This document shows, in pieces, positions 33,477-42,172 of a DNA stretch of 43,928 nt. The notes beneath the pieces were generated by a model. That model was not told the origin of the DNA. It saw only the letters and a list, made by a program, of their open reading frames with translations, and made no database searches. Position 1 is the first letter of the stretch; each line of letters begins with the position of its first letter. Source of the stretch: a virus; the UHGV virus genome UHGV-0428293; one strand, 5' to 3'. Made by a program: the position numbers and the translations under genes.

Positions 33477-34523
33477 CTACACATTAACCCTTTCCCTTAT
33501 TGAACGAAGAGTACGCGGGTTAGACTGTGCATAATAACGTGCCGTAACTCCTGGGTCAGCATGTCCCATAATTTCCTGTATGGTCCCAATATCAACTCCT
33601 CTGTTTTTCAGATTCATTCCCAGCGTCTTACGTGACTTATGCGGATATACCCGACATGTTAGGCCGGCTCTTTTCCTTATGGTTTTCAATATCGCCCGAA
33701 ATCCACAAGTAGTCATCTTTCCATACGGTTTTCTGGAGCGTGGGAACATATATGGACAATCATCTTTCCTGCTGTCCAAATACAGGCCGTAGTAATGACG
33801 CGCATCATCATCCAGATAGATAGTCCGATATCTTCCGCCTTTCTCTCCCTGTATCCAAATATCGCCGGTTCTCATGTCTATCTGGTCCAGAGTTATTTCT
33901 GCAATCTCCCCTATCCTGGCTCCAGTACTTCGAAGTACCTCCAGCAAGGCCCTCTCGCGGATATTTTTGCACGCATCCCTTAATCTTGCAGATTCTTCCG
34001 GGCTGTAGTAATCAATTGGTTTAATGGGTACTTTTTTAGCCGGTATAGACTCTACCGGATTATCTGTAATAAGCTTCTCAAGGCGCATCCATGTAAAGAA
34101 TGCTGACAAAAAACGGCGCTCGTTATTATAAGTGCTAGGCTGGTTTTTCTTTCCTCCACTGGACACATTTCTGATTTCATATCGCGATAAATACCAATCA
34201 ATATCAGTGGTGTCCATCTGGTCCAGTGATTTTGTGCTTATCTCTGTCAGCAATCTTCGTATGGAATTAAGATAGTTTTCTTTGGTTCCTCTTGCTAAAT
34301 CACGCTTTTTAATCAGGAATAACTGTATTATGTACTGATTCCGTTGGCTTATATCATCTTTTCTTTCTGCCGGAAGAGTAGTTATTTCCTCCATATTTAC
34401 CCTTACCAATTCCTGCTGCATTACATTTTGCAGAATGGTAAGAGTCTGTTGCTCCATGATATATAAGGACATTGCTACCAGTACATTGTTGATTATTTCA
34501 TCTTTAATTGTCTGTGTACTCAT
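33477..34523 (-). CDS. Second tyrosine recombinase (XerC/D-phage-integrase family, 348 aa)
   Basis: Catalytic region ...GARIGEIAEITL...GEKGGRYRTIYLDD...PHKSRKTLGMNLKNRGVDIGTIQEIMGHADPGVTARYYAQ (R...H-x-x-R...Y). Lies about 29 kb away from attP on the circle. Confidence 0.8.
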   Translation of the reverse strand: MSTQTIKDEIINNVLVAMSLYIMEQQTLTILQNVMQQELVRVNMEEITTLPAERKDDISQRNQYIIQLFLIKKRDLARGTKENYLNSIRRLLTEISTKSLDQMDTTDIDWYLSRYEIRNVSSGGKKNQPSTYNNERRFLSAFFTWMRLEKLITDNPVESIPAKKVPIKPIDYYSPEESARLRDACKNIRERALLEVLRSTGARIGEIAEITLDQIDMRTGDIWIQGEKGGRYRTIYLDDDARHYYGLYLDSRKDDCPYMFPRSRKPYGKMTTCGFRAILKTIRKRAGLTCRVYPHKSRKTLGMNLKNRGVDIGTIQEIMGHADPGVTARYYAQSNPRTLRSIRERVNV

Positions 34524-34773
34524 AATTATATCCTCCCATTCGTATTGATTTTCACGTCTGAGTGAGATATAATATACTCAGACATATTTACGGGAGCGGT
34601 GGATTCATCTTGGCGGGTGACCATCGCTCAGTTTTTATTCTGTGCATATATGTTCCTCTATTTATTTTTCTTTAGTCGGAAAATGTTAATTAGCAGCCTC
34701 ATCCCTTATGCTCACTATATACTGCCGTGTCCGGTGCCCTCATTATTACCCAACGGATTTCTCTTCTCAAATA

Positions 34774-34971
34774 TTAATTTGCCTGTTTAGCCTCATTAAA
34801 ATCATTTGACCTCGACGGTCTTATAAGTGGTATGCGGCACCTCTTGTATTTACAATCTCCGTACCGCGCGTTGTTAGGGCATAACTCGTTGTAGCAGGTT
34901 TGTGGTAATATACTCACCCGTACTCTCCAGCCCCAGTAATCGCAATACTTCTTTTTCTGCCTCTTATTCAT
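34774..34971 (-). CDS. Cys-rich small protein (65 aa)
   Basis: GGAAGGAGGG RBS. CDYWGW...C...C...C.YKRC. Confidence 0.45.
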   Translation of the reverse strand: MNKRQKKKYCDYWGWRVRVSILPQTCYNELCPNNARYGDCKYKRCRIPLIRPSRSNDFNEAKQAN

Positions 34972-34993
34972 GTCACCCTCCTTCCTGAAAACG

Positions 34994-35176
34994 TTAATCT
35001 GGGCGATAATGGGAATACCTCTCATGACACATATTTATGATTACCTGCTGCAATTCTCTTATATCGCTTTTCAACTTTCTGTTTTCTTCTTCAAGCATAC
35101 AGTTCTTTTTGTTTAAGACTTCAAACTGCTCCAATGTCAATGGCGCTGCTTCCATCTCTCTTACACATTCTGACAT
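34994..35176 (-). CDS. Small coiled-coil protein (60 aa)
   Basis: Preceded by the conserved leader motif. Confidence 0.4.
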   Translation of the reverse strand: MSECVREMEAAPLTLEQFEVLNKKNCMLEEENRKLKSDIRELQQVIINMCHERYSHYRPD

Positions 35177-35215
35177 ATTTTTTCCTTTCCTTCCGGTTCC
35201 CGGAAAACGCTAATT

Positions 35216-35443
35216 TTATGGTTTAAAATAGCAATCTGAATATGCTCTCATACAATGCAAGCATTCAACTCCTGGGGTATCATGTGCACACCCCTGACAA
35301 TTATTAAGAATCAGCTGAGCCGGTTCAATAGATGGTTGCATATCAATCAAACTTTTAGCAGCCTCTCGTGTTTCCCTTGCGAAATCAGATGCACCGACAA
35401 AAACATCACTAAAATCCACCTTATCTGCATCTATCAGCCTCAT
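35216..35443 (-). CDS. Cys-rich hypothetical protein (75 aa), copy 1
   Basis: CQGCAHDTPGVECLHC motif. Preceded by the leader hairpin plus GGAGGGAAGGAG RBS. Confidence 0.5.
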   Translation of the reverse strand: MRLIDADKVDFSDVFVGASDFARETREAAKSLIDMQPSIEPAQLILNNCQGCAHDTPGVECLHCMRAYSDCYFKP

Positions 35444-35480
35444 ATTTCTCCTTCCCTCCGGTTTTCCGGAAATGCTAATT

Positions 35481-35708
35481 TTATGGTTTAAAATAGCAAT
35501 CTGAATATGCTCTCATACAATGCAAGCATTCAACTCCTGGGGTATCATGTGCACACCCCTGACAATTATTAAGAATCAGCTGAGCCGGTTCAATAGATGG
35601 TTGCATATCAATCAAACTTTTAGCAGCCTCTCGTGTTTCCCTTGCGAAATCAGATGCACCGACAAAAACATCACTAAAATCCACCTTATCTGCATCTATC
35701 AGCCTCAT
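35481..35708 (-). CDS. Cys-rich hypothetical protein (75 aa), copy 2, identical to copy 1
   Basis: Identical sequence. Confidence 0.5.
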   Translation of the reverse strand: MRLIDADKVDFSDVFVGASDFARETREAAKSLIDMQPSIEPAQLILNNCQGCAHDTPGVECLHCMRAYSDCYFKP

Positions 35709-35739
35709 ATTTCTCCTTCCCTCCGGTTTTCCGGAAATG

Positions 35740-36078
35740 CTAATTTTCTACTTTTCTACAATCACTGAACCATTCCAAATTAAAACGGTCCGGAACGTCA
35801 ATTTCTAATACCGGCGAATACTCACAATCTCCATTAACCAACCTGATAGGCCAGTCTGGTAATGAATCTCCTTCTGATTCCATGCTAAATCCAATCACCC
35901 AGCATCCTCCGTTAATGTGGCTTGCTGTATAGTGCCCTACCACAAGAAGGCTTGCCGTCCCTGCTGTAATTAAACACTGAATCGGCTTACAGCTCCCGCA
36001 ATTATCAACGTCCTGATTTGTTACCCCATACTCACCAAAAGTATCATCACTATATCCCTGAAATCTTAAAGTTTTCAT
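35740..36078 (-). CDS. Hypothetical protein (112 aa)
   Basis: Start trimmed to ATG 36078 (ATGA overlap with the upstream gene). Several Cys. Confidence 0.45.
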   Translation of the reverse strand: MKTLRFQGYSDDTFGEYGVTNQDVDNCGSCKPIQCLITAGTASLLVVGHYTASHINGGCWVIGFSMESEGDSLPDWPIRLVNGDCEYSPVLEIDVPDRFNLEWFSDCRKVEN

Positions 36079-36368
36079 TTTTCTTTCCTTTCCTCCGGTT
36101 CTATCGGAAATGTTAAATTTGGTTCCCAATCCTCACAATGACTTACTGGTAACATCTCATTTCCGGCTTCGAAAATACCAATTAGCCTATCCCTTACAGG
36201 ACAATACCAGCGTTTTTCCTCTCCATCCACCACTTCCCTTTTTCCGCAGGTATGACAAGCTTCATTGTCTGGATTCCACAAACATCTTTTTTCATGTTCC
36301 ACACATGCACGTTTTGTAATATATGCTTTGCTGCAGCATTTCGGTTTATATGCTTTTATTTCTTCCAA
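36075..36368 (-). CDS. Cys-rich zinc-finger-like hypothetical protein (97 aa)
   Basis: CCSKAYITKRACVEHEKRC...CHTCGK...YCPV. Confidence 0.45.
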   Translation of the reverse strand: MEEIKAYKPKCCSKAYITKRACVEHEKRCLWNPDNEACHTCGKREVVDGEEKRWYCPVRDRLIGIFEAGNEMLPVSHCEDWEPNLTFPIEPEERKEK

Positions 36369-36421
36369 TGCGATTCTCCTCTATGTTAATTTAAATATTC
36401 AATACTTCATCAAATACCGAT

Positions 36422-36790
36422 TTACAATATTAACTTTGGGTTATCAAAAACATTTCCCATCACCTCAAAGTGCTTACTTTCGCTACTTGCGATTTCATAG
36501 TCACTTTGTTTTCCCTTGAAATAATAATTGCATCCTCGCAACCCAAGAGTACATATGTCATTCCGGCAGTATGGAACCTTGATAATATCCCCTTCAAATA
36601 TCTTCATTCTATTTTTGTCTACAAGGCCTATATACTGACAAACAGTTTTCGGATTAACTTCATAATCCTTTAACCGATGGTGCGGCACATGATTCTGGAT
36701 GATGTACATTCCATCATCAGTGCGAAGCAGATTACCATATATCCATACATCATTTTTCAAGTTTTTCCCTCGGAATAATATCTCCTTCAT
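36422..36790 (-). CDS. YopX-family protein
   Basis: ILFRGK...WIYGNL...QYIGLVDKNRMKIFEGDII matches the YopX N-terminal signature. Confidence 0.7.
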   Translation of the reverse strand: MKEILFRGKNLKNDVWIYGNLLRTDDGMYIIQNHVPHHRLKDYEVNPKTVCQYIGLVDKNRMKIFEGDIIKVPYCRNDICTLGLRGCNYYFKGKQSDYEIASSESKHFEVMGNVFDNPKLIL

Positions 36791-37125
36791 CCCTCTGCCT
36801 CCTCATGCATTTCATCATACTGGTAATGCAAACGGCATTCTTTGCATATTTCACAGGGTTCTCCATCCCCATCCATGGTCCTTAGTCCAGCGCATAACCC
36901 TTCTTCCATTCCTGGATATTCAAAACGTTCGGTCATATAACAGTGGCAAATAGCTTGTTTAATTGTCTTTTCATCCAGCTTTACTTTGCGATAGAGCCAG
37001 TCTAAAAGCATGAGCAATTCTGCCCTTGTTATGCCATTGTGGGTTGCCAGCCCTAAGTACATCTTTATCAATCCCAACTTTTTTTCATCTGGCATACCTT
37101 CAAACTTTTCCTTGTCAAATTTCAT
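36787..37125 (-). CDS. Hypothetical protein (112 aa)
   Basis: Start trimmed to ATG 37125 after GGAGGAGG. Confidence 0.45.
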   Translation of the reverse strand: MKFDKEKFEGMPDEKKLGLIKMYLGLATHNGITRAELLMLLDWLYRKVKLDEKTIKQAICHCYMTERFEYPGMEEGLCAGLRTMDGDGEPCEICKECRLHYQYDEMHEEAEG

Positions 37126-37139
37126 CCCTATGCCTCCTC

Positions 37140-37358
37140 CTATATTGGTGTCTGGAACCGGCATGGCATGTCCAGGTAACACCGGGCCTCCGCCAACGGT
37201 GCATCCTCCACCACTATGAGCGGACACCATCCCGGCCTTCCATGAAACACATTTGGTATGTCTTTGTGTTCTTTGGCCTTGCACTGCTTATCAATGGAGC
37301 AGCATGGGCAATCATAGCAGCTTTCTGGCATATTTTTTATTTCTAACATTGCCTTCAT
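37140..37358 (-). CDS. Cys-rich small protein (72 aa)
   Basis: ESCYDCPCCSIDKQC...WCP. AAGGAGG RBS. Confidence 0.45.
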   Translation of the reverse strand: MKAMLEIKNMPESCYDCPCCSIDKQCKAKEHKDIPNVFHGRPGWCPLIVVEDAPLAEARCYLDMPCRFQTPI

Positions 37359-37474
37359 CTCTCTGCCTCCTTGCAATAGCCGCTTTGTTCACACGCTTCG
37401 GCATCTCCGCAATAATCGCATTCCCCAGAACAGCCCTTTACTGACTCCTGTTCTTCTCTGTATCTGCTACTCAT
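37355..37474 (-). CDS. Possible 39-aa Cys-rich peptide (CSGECDYCGDAEACEQSGYC)
   Basis: Not in the ORF track because it is under 60 aa. GAGGAGAAAAG RBS. ATGA overlap with the next gene. Confidence 0.3.
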   Translation of the reverse strand: MSSRYREEQESVKGCSGECDYCGDAEACEQSGYCKEAER

Positions 37475-37486
37475 GGCTTTTCTCCT

Positions 37487-38413
37487 CTAAATACGTGTTT
37501 TGGTCCCTAACTCTATTTCTGATATTGCTCGGAAAATCGGATAGAACTGCTGCGGCACTACCGCGTTTCCAAGGCACTTGATTCTGTCCACCCGGTTGGG
37601 AATCCCATGAGCCACTCTACCCACGTTGGGTTCAACTGCCCACTGCCTGGTTCCATCTGGTTCCCCTCCGCGGCTATTGTATCGTTCAGCGTCCTGCTCC
37701 TCTGGCATCTTTTTCCCTGACCCGTCCTGAAATCCCTTGCTACTGGTGTCGGCCATATTTTCACAGCATCTGCAAGATTCAGGCTGTGGCGGCTTCCCTC
37801 TTTCTGCTGGCTTGACCTCATCTGTCCTGTGAAACTGTCCGATGCGGTTGGCGTGGGCCACGATTGCGGTCCTGTATCGCTGGTGTGGGGCGTTGACGCC
37901 GCAAGCTGGTATAAGAAATGTCCGTGTGGCGTATCCTTGGCCCTCCAGGTCAGATAGCACCTTGTCGAGTGCCATATTGATGATTCCAGCAACATTTTCT
38001 CCAACAACCCAAGTGGGCCGCAGTTCCGCGATAACCCTAACCATTTCCGGCCAGAGGTAACGGTCATCTTCCTCGCCTCTGCGCTTCCCGGCGTTAGAAA
38101 ATGGTTGACAGGGAAATCCTCCTGAAATAATGTCAACTGTCCGCAAACCTGTTCGTTCATAAAAGCTTTCTCCCGTTAATGTCCTTATATCCCTCCAGCG
38201 TGGCACATCCGGCCAATGCCGCTCCAGTATCTTTGTGGGGTAATCCGCAAACTCGCATTGCCCCACACTTTCAAATCCTGCCCACTCCGCAGCCAAATCC
38301 AGGCCCCCAATCCCGCTGAATAGGGACAGGTGGGTGAGCTGCCGTCCCGGGGCAATGTCCTCTATCCCCATCTGACCATCACATTCGTAATGGTCAAACA
38401 CTTCTAATCCCAT
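37487..38413 (-). CDS. DNA (cytosine-5)-methyltransferase, orphan
   Basis: Motif I LSLFSGIGGLDLA, motif IV GGFPCQPFS, motif VI GENV. No nearby restriction endonuclease gene. Confidence 0.9.
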   Translation of the reverse strand: MGLEVFDHYECDGQMGIEDIAPGRQLTHLSLFSGIGGLDLAAEWAGFESVGQCEFADYPTKILERHWPDVPRWRDIRTLTGESFYERTGLRTVDIISGGFPCQPFSNAGKRRGEEDDRYLWPEMVRVIAELRPTWVVGENVAGIINMALDKVLSDLEGQGYATRTFLIPACGVNAPHQRYRTAIVAHANRIGQFHRTDEVKPAERGKPPQPESCRCCENMADTSSKGFQDGSGKKMPEEQDAERYNSRGGEPDGTRQWAVEPNVGRVAHGIPNRVDRIKCLGNAVVPQQFYPIFRAISEIELGTKTRI

Positions 38414-38428
38414 GGTTTCCTTCCTCCG

Positions 38429-38605
38429 CTAAATGGGCATCTTGGTGTGTGTCCAGGCGTAGGCTTCCGTTATGGTTTCCTCTTTTTTCGGCTTCTCATC
38501 CCCTCCTTCCAGAAGCTTAATAATACGCTCCTGGTTATTCTGGATTGCCCGGAACTTGGCATCCATTTCCAAAAACAGTGCGCTCCTTCCATCCGGTTTT
38601 CCCAT
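38429..38605 (-). CDS. Possible 58-aa ORF between the replisome organizer and the methyltransferase
   Basis: Not in the ORF track because it is under 60 aa. ATG at 38605. The RBS AGGAGGAG is 11 nt upstream, which is long spacing. Confidence 0.25.
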   Translation of the reverse strand: MGKPDGRSALFLEMDAKFRAIQNNQERIIKLLEGGDEKPKKEETITEAYAWTHTKMPI

Positions 38606-38608
38606 AAA

Positions 38609-39361
38609 TCAATCATCTCCTCCTTTTAGCCATTCCTGCGTTTTCTGCATGGCAATGGCATCATAATCTGTATCACGCTGGTCAAAATTGTGGAATTTAT
38701 TATTGTTTTGCTTTACTGGTATTTGGGATGGTCTTGCCCTGTCCTGCGCCCTTGACAGCCATCCGTTCAGGAACCGCTTTGCCCCGCTTCTGGTCTTTCG
38801 GTTCTTCGGATTGCTCTCACACCACCCCACAACCTTACGCATCTCCTGCATGACATCAATGGCCGGATAGAGCTTCTGGAACATGTCCAAGTCATTCTCC
38901 GTCACATCATACATGGATTTATCATTTAGCATAAAGGATATTGCCACCGGGCTGCCTGGAGCGGATTTATCCGGCTCCGGGCAAAATGTATTATCATTAT
39001 CCTTTACCTTATCCTTATCCTTTACCTTATCCTTATCCTTTACCTTGGGTTCTGGTTTGGTTACGGCTTGGTTATTTGTAGGTTTATTTTTGGTTCCGGT
39101 TTGGTTATTGATAGGTTCCTGCGAGGTTTTAGGTCTGCCTCCCTTGGTTCCATTTAGGTATTTGCGGTTATTGGCATCAATCTGGGGTTTGGTGAGGAGG
39201 AATATCGTCCGTTCAATCCCACTTGTTTCCGGTTCTTTCTCATTCAGACCATACTCCATAATCGCAGTTACCGCAGCTTTGAACTGTTCTGGCGGGAGTT
39301 CCTTGACAGCTTCATAAAAACTTCTGTAAAATACTACGCTCTCCCTCATATCAACCACCAT
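38609..39361 (-). CDS. Replication protein (replisome organizer / DnaD-like C-terminal domain) with an internal low-complexity linker
   Basis: N-terminal domain, then a KVKDKDKVKDKDKVKDN linker encoded by DNA tandem repeats, then a C-terminal DnaD-like domain (VVGWCESNPKNRKTRSGAKRFLNGWLSRAQ). Confidence 0.6.
   Translation of the reverse strand: MVVDMRESVVFYRSFYEAVKELPPEQFKAAVTAIMEYGLNEKEPETSGIERTIFLLTKPQIDANNRKYLNGTKGGRPKTSQEPINNQTGTKNKPTNNQAVTKPEPKVKDKDKVKDKDKVKDNDNTFCPEPDKSAPGSPVAISFMLNDKSMYDVTENDLDMFQKLYPAIDVMQEMRKVVGWCESNPKNRKTRSGAKRFLNGWLSRAQDRARPSQIPVKQNNNKFHNFDQRDTDYDAIAMQKTQEWLKGGDD
38990..39130. repeat. Candidate origin: 18-bp tandem iterons (TACCTTATCCTTATCCTT x2.3) followed by a T/G-rich tract with a fourfold GGTTA motif
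   Basis: Direct reading inside the replisome-organizer gene, analogous to ori iterons within lambda O. Confidence 0.45.
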
Positions 39362-39713
39362 CCAACTGTCTACCAGAACCCCATTCTCGATACAGGTTCA
39401 TCCAGTCATCCAGGCGCATTGTAACCAACCAGGAGCCACGATTGCGGCGGTGGAACACTGCAGGGTATATTTCCTCGCCGAATGGTAATTTCTCTGCCGC
39501 TGTATCATCTATGGCCTGTGTCATGGCATCCTCAAGGTTAAGGCGCTCTACCCTCTTGCACTCGATATGTATGCCTGGAAGTCCCACCACATCCGCATCC
39601 CCGTTGGTGCCACAATACTGCTGGCCCCTACGGCAGTTGTATCCATGGTCCTTAAGGAGATTGGCAAGTTCCCGTTCTCCGCGCTTCCCTTTTTCACGCT
39701 GCGATTTCCCCAT
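39351..39713 (-). CDS. Holliday-junction resolvase-like nuclease (Hjc/PDDEXK type)
   Basis: GKRGERELANLLKDHGYNCRRG...GDADVVGLPGIHIECK fits the G-x-ERE...D...E-x-K resolvase pattern. Confidence 0.6.
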   Translation of the reverse strand: MGKSQREKGKRGERELANLLKDHGYNCRRGQQYCGTNGDADVVGLPGIHIECKRVERLNLEDAMTQAIDDTAAEKLPFGEEIYPAVFHRRNRGSWLVTMRLDDWMNLYREWGSGRQLDGG

Positions 39714-40087
39714 CTACATGCCTCCCATCCCGAACATACTTATCTGGCCTGGGATACCCTTGATCCTTACCCCGTTCACGAACCGCCTAGCGCCCTTTGT
39801 AGCTGCCTTCATGGACTGTATCCTCCTGTCCTGCCTTTCAATCCAGGCAGCGGCTTCACGGCGGCCCTGGAGCGTTGAGTCAGGTATGTAATATCCGTCA
39901 CCATTGTCCAGGTTAATGATAACCTTACTGTATCGCATGCCCTCTATTGCCTCACGGATACGTCTATCCTTATATCCAGTAATCCGGCTGAGTTCCGCCC
40001 TGCTTATGGCATTCTGTTTTCCTACGCCCAGGGCATTGTACACAGCACATTGGATAACATCAGAATTTTTTGTGTATCTCAATTCAA
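39714..40087 (-). CDS. Winged-helix DNA-binding protein (about 124 aa), TTG start
   Basis: AAAGGAGGG lies 6 nt before the TTG at 40087. NAISRAELSRITGYKDRRIREAIEGM is a MarR-like wHTH. The tabulated ATG at 40193 would include a structured GC-rich leader. Confidence 0.5.
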
Positions 40088-40214
40088 TCCCTCCTTTCGG
40101 GCCGGGTAAAGGAGGTCTGATAGGTCCCGGCCCAGGGTCAGAAAGTATATCGTGACATATCGCAATCTGACCAAGTGTTGTTCTATGTATCATCCCTTAG
40201 GGGATTAATACCTG

Positions 40215-40895
40215 TTACTTATCAGAATATGTAATTCCGTATACCTTGTATCTTCTTTCAAACGCTATCATACCGATGTTATGTGCCTCTGTATGATGCT
40301 TACGACATAGACATATTTTTCGGTACTTAGAATCATCAACCTTCCTTCGGTCATTCCCCATCCCAATCGTGTCTACGTGATGGATTTCTCCTTCTTTCCC
40401 ACATATGGCGCATTTACGAAGCTTTATGCAAGCATATAGGTAATGACCTATATCATCGGTACGGTTAAGGGCAAAATCTAATAATGGTATCCCCTGTTCC
40501 AGCGCATAATCCAGCATGGTATTGATAAATTCCCTGGCAGTATCCATAGAGCAATCAGACAGGGAAAAATATCCGCATCCGGTCCGGTTGATGTGTAAAT
40601 ACTTAAGCCATTCTTTCTCAACCTCCGGCACGTTCCCGGAATAGGCGGAGATGTCATTAACTGTGGCATAAATCTTCCTGCGCTGGTCTGCACTTATATG
40701 TCTACCATCGTCAAGCCATACACTGCATCTATTCATGTGCTTATCAACGATTGGTTCCATAAGATTTTTTCCAGTAATAAATATCTTTAGATACGTTCCC
40801 TCTGGAACAAGCTTGTATGCTATTATGTCTGCTGCCTCATGCATATAATCACCTCTTTGGGTCATTCCATGGTAGTTCACTATCCTGCATATCAT
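40215..40895 (-). CDS. DUF968-type putative HNH nuclease
   Basis: C-terminus CAICGKEGEIHHVDTIGMGNDRRK...LCRKHH matches the YajD/DUF968-like pattern from memory. Confidence 0.55.
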   Translation of the reverse strand: MICRIVNYHGMTQRGDYMHEAADIIAYKLVPEGTYLKIFITGKNLMEPIVDKHMNRCSVWLDDGRHISADQRRKIYATVNDISAYSGNVPEVEKEWLKYLHINRTGCGYFSLSDCSMDTAREFINTMLDYALEQGIPLLDFALNRTDDIGHYLYACIKLRKCAICGKEGEIHHVDTIGMGNDRRKVDDSKYRKICLCRKHHTEAHNIGMIAFERRYKVYGITYSDK

Positions 40896-41523
40896 TCGGT
40901 GGCTGCATAACTAACTCTTTATTTGGATTCTCTTTCAGTTTTTTAATTGTTTCATTTGCCTGGGAATTAGTCATATCATGGATATCAGTCAGTCCATACT
41001 TTGATAGCACATTCTTAATCCCTATTCCCGTCCGTTTCAGTTCCAAAAATATTTCATTGATATCGGATTCAGTAATCAAATCAGGATTATGCTGCTTATT
41101 GTATTTAGTTCGGTCTGAATCCCAGTACACATCCGCGCCAATTCCGAGCTGCTTACACGCTACCGATATAGCATCTGTGGTTGCCATCTTGTAACATTCG
41201 TCAGATACATATATTCCAGACTTCTCCTTTTGAGCAAACATACTCCCGCCGTTTCCTGGGATTGGTTTAGACCACTCTCCGTCAACCTTTATGTATAATT
41301 CGATATCTACAAAAGCCGCAATCTCATTACCCGATGTTTCCAACCACTTCCGCGTTGTAATGTAGTACCATCCTATCCCACATGGCCCGAACTGCTCAGT
41401 AAGGACTTTTATGCGCCACATGGGGTTAATATCGGTCATACCGATGGTACGGCCTCCCTTAATGGTTTTCTTGGCGCTATCTGGAACAGAACGGACCTTT
41501 TGGTATAAGTCAAGATTTTCCAT
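40849..41523 (-). CDS. ERF-family single-strand annealing protein
   Basis: NPMWRIKVLTEQFGPCGIGW is the Erf core motif. Start at ATG 41523 with AGGTG RBS, right after the Gp157 stop. Confidence 0.75.
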   Translation of the reverse strand: MENLDLYQKVRSVPDSAKKTIKGGRTIGMTDINPMWRIKVLTEQFGPCGIGWYYITTRKWLETSGNEIAAFVDIELYIKVDGEWSKPIPGNGGSMFAQKEKSGIYVSDECYKMATTDAISVACKQLGIGADVYWDSDRTKYNKQHNPDLITESDINEIFLELKRTGIGIKNVLSKYGLTDIHDMTNSQANETIKKLKENPNKELVMQPPNDMQDSELPWNDPKR

Positions 41524-41532
41524 ACACAACAC

Positions 41533-41994
41533 CTACTTAATCTGTATATTCTGTTTCTGTTCAATATGCGCCCCTGGAACTGTAAGACCTCCTTTTATGG
41601 CTTCTTTAATTTTGGTTTTGCTCGGTTCCGGCTCCTTGGTAACAAGGTATTCTGTAGGGATATTAGATGTATCCTCAATCACAACCGATTCTGATTTACG
41701 GTAAGATATTGAAATTCTCGCCGTTTTGAACTTCTCACCGTCAAGATATCCAGATAAGTATTCCTTAAGCCGTTCGGCCTGATTACCTGCGGCTACTTTT
41801 CTTGCATTAAGATTTTTAATTTCAGAATCAATGGCACCCTCCTCCGCTTTGAGATTTTTGTACCAGCAAGCTATATTCTCAATTTTCTTTTCCTTTTCCA
41901 TCTGGAGTCGGTCCAGACGTCCATCGTCTATGATTTCCCCTGTTTCCATGTCAACGCAACCCAATATTTCTGTATCAATTTCATATAAGTTCAT
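41533..41994 (-). CDS. Siphovirus Gp157-family protein
   Basis: MNLYEIDTEILGCVDMETGEI N-terminus. About 150 aa. Upstream of Erf, as usual for this family. Confidence 0.7.
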   Translation of the reverse strand: MNLYEIDTEILGCVDMETGEIIDDGRLDRLQMEKEKKIENIACWYKNLKAEEGAIDSEIKNLNARKVAAGNQAERLKEYLSGYLDGEKFKTARISISYRKSESVVIEDTSNIPTEYLVTKEPEPSKTKIKEAIKGGLTVPGAHIEQKQNIQIK

Positions 41995-42172
41995 CTACTT
42001 GTCCTCCATCTGAATATAAAGTGTAATTCTGACCCTCTGATTTGATAGGCTCCTGCATTCTTTCTACCTTTTTCACTCGCTTAAGCTTCCTCTGATGGCA
42101 TTTATCACATTCTTTCCAATGTTCCGGGTCAAGGAAACATCCGCAAGAATCACATTTAGAATTATTCATCAT
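41981..42172 (-). CDS. Zinc-ribbon small protein (63 aa)
   Basis: CDSCGC...CDKCH. Confidence 0.45.
   Translation of the reverse strand: MMNNSKCDSCGCFLDPEHWKECDKCHQRKLKRVKKVERMQEPIKSEGQNYTLYSDGGQVDELI

Larger units (their letters stand above)
35208..35737. repeat. Exact tandem duplication, 2 x 265 bp, each copy holding one identical 75-aa ORF plus its leader
   Basis: 35216..35443 and 35481..35708 translate identically. Nucleotide lines match when offset by 265. The junction lies in the leader motif. Confidence 0.8.

Noticed and set aside
37558-38160. Alternative-frame 200-aa ORF inside the methyltransferase gene
   Set aside because: The other frame contains all the canonical C5-MTase motifs. 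This ORF is a shadow frame.
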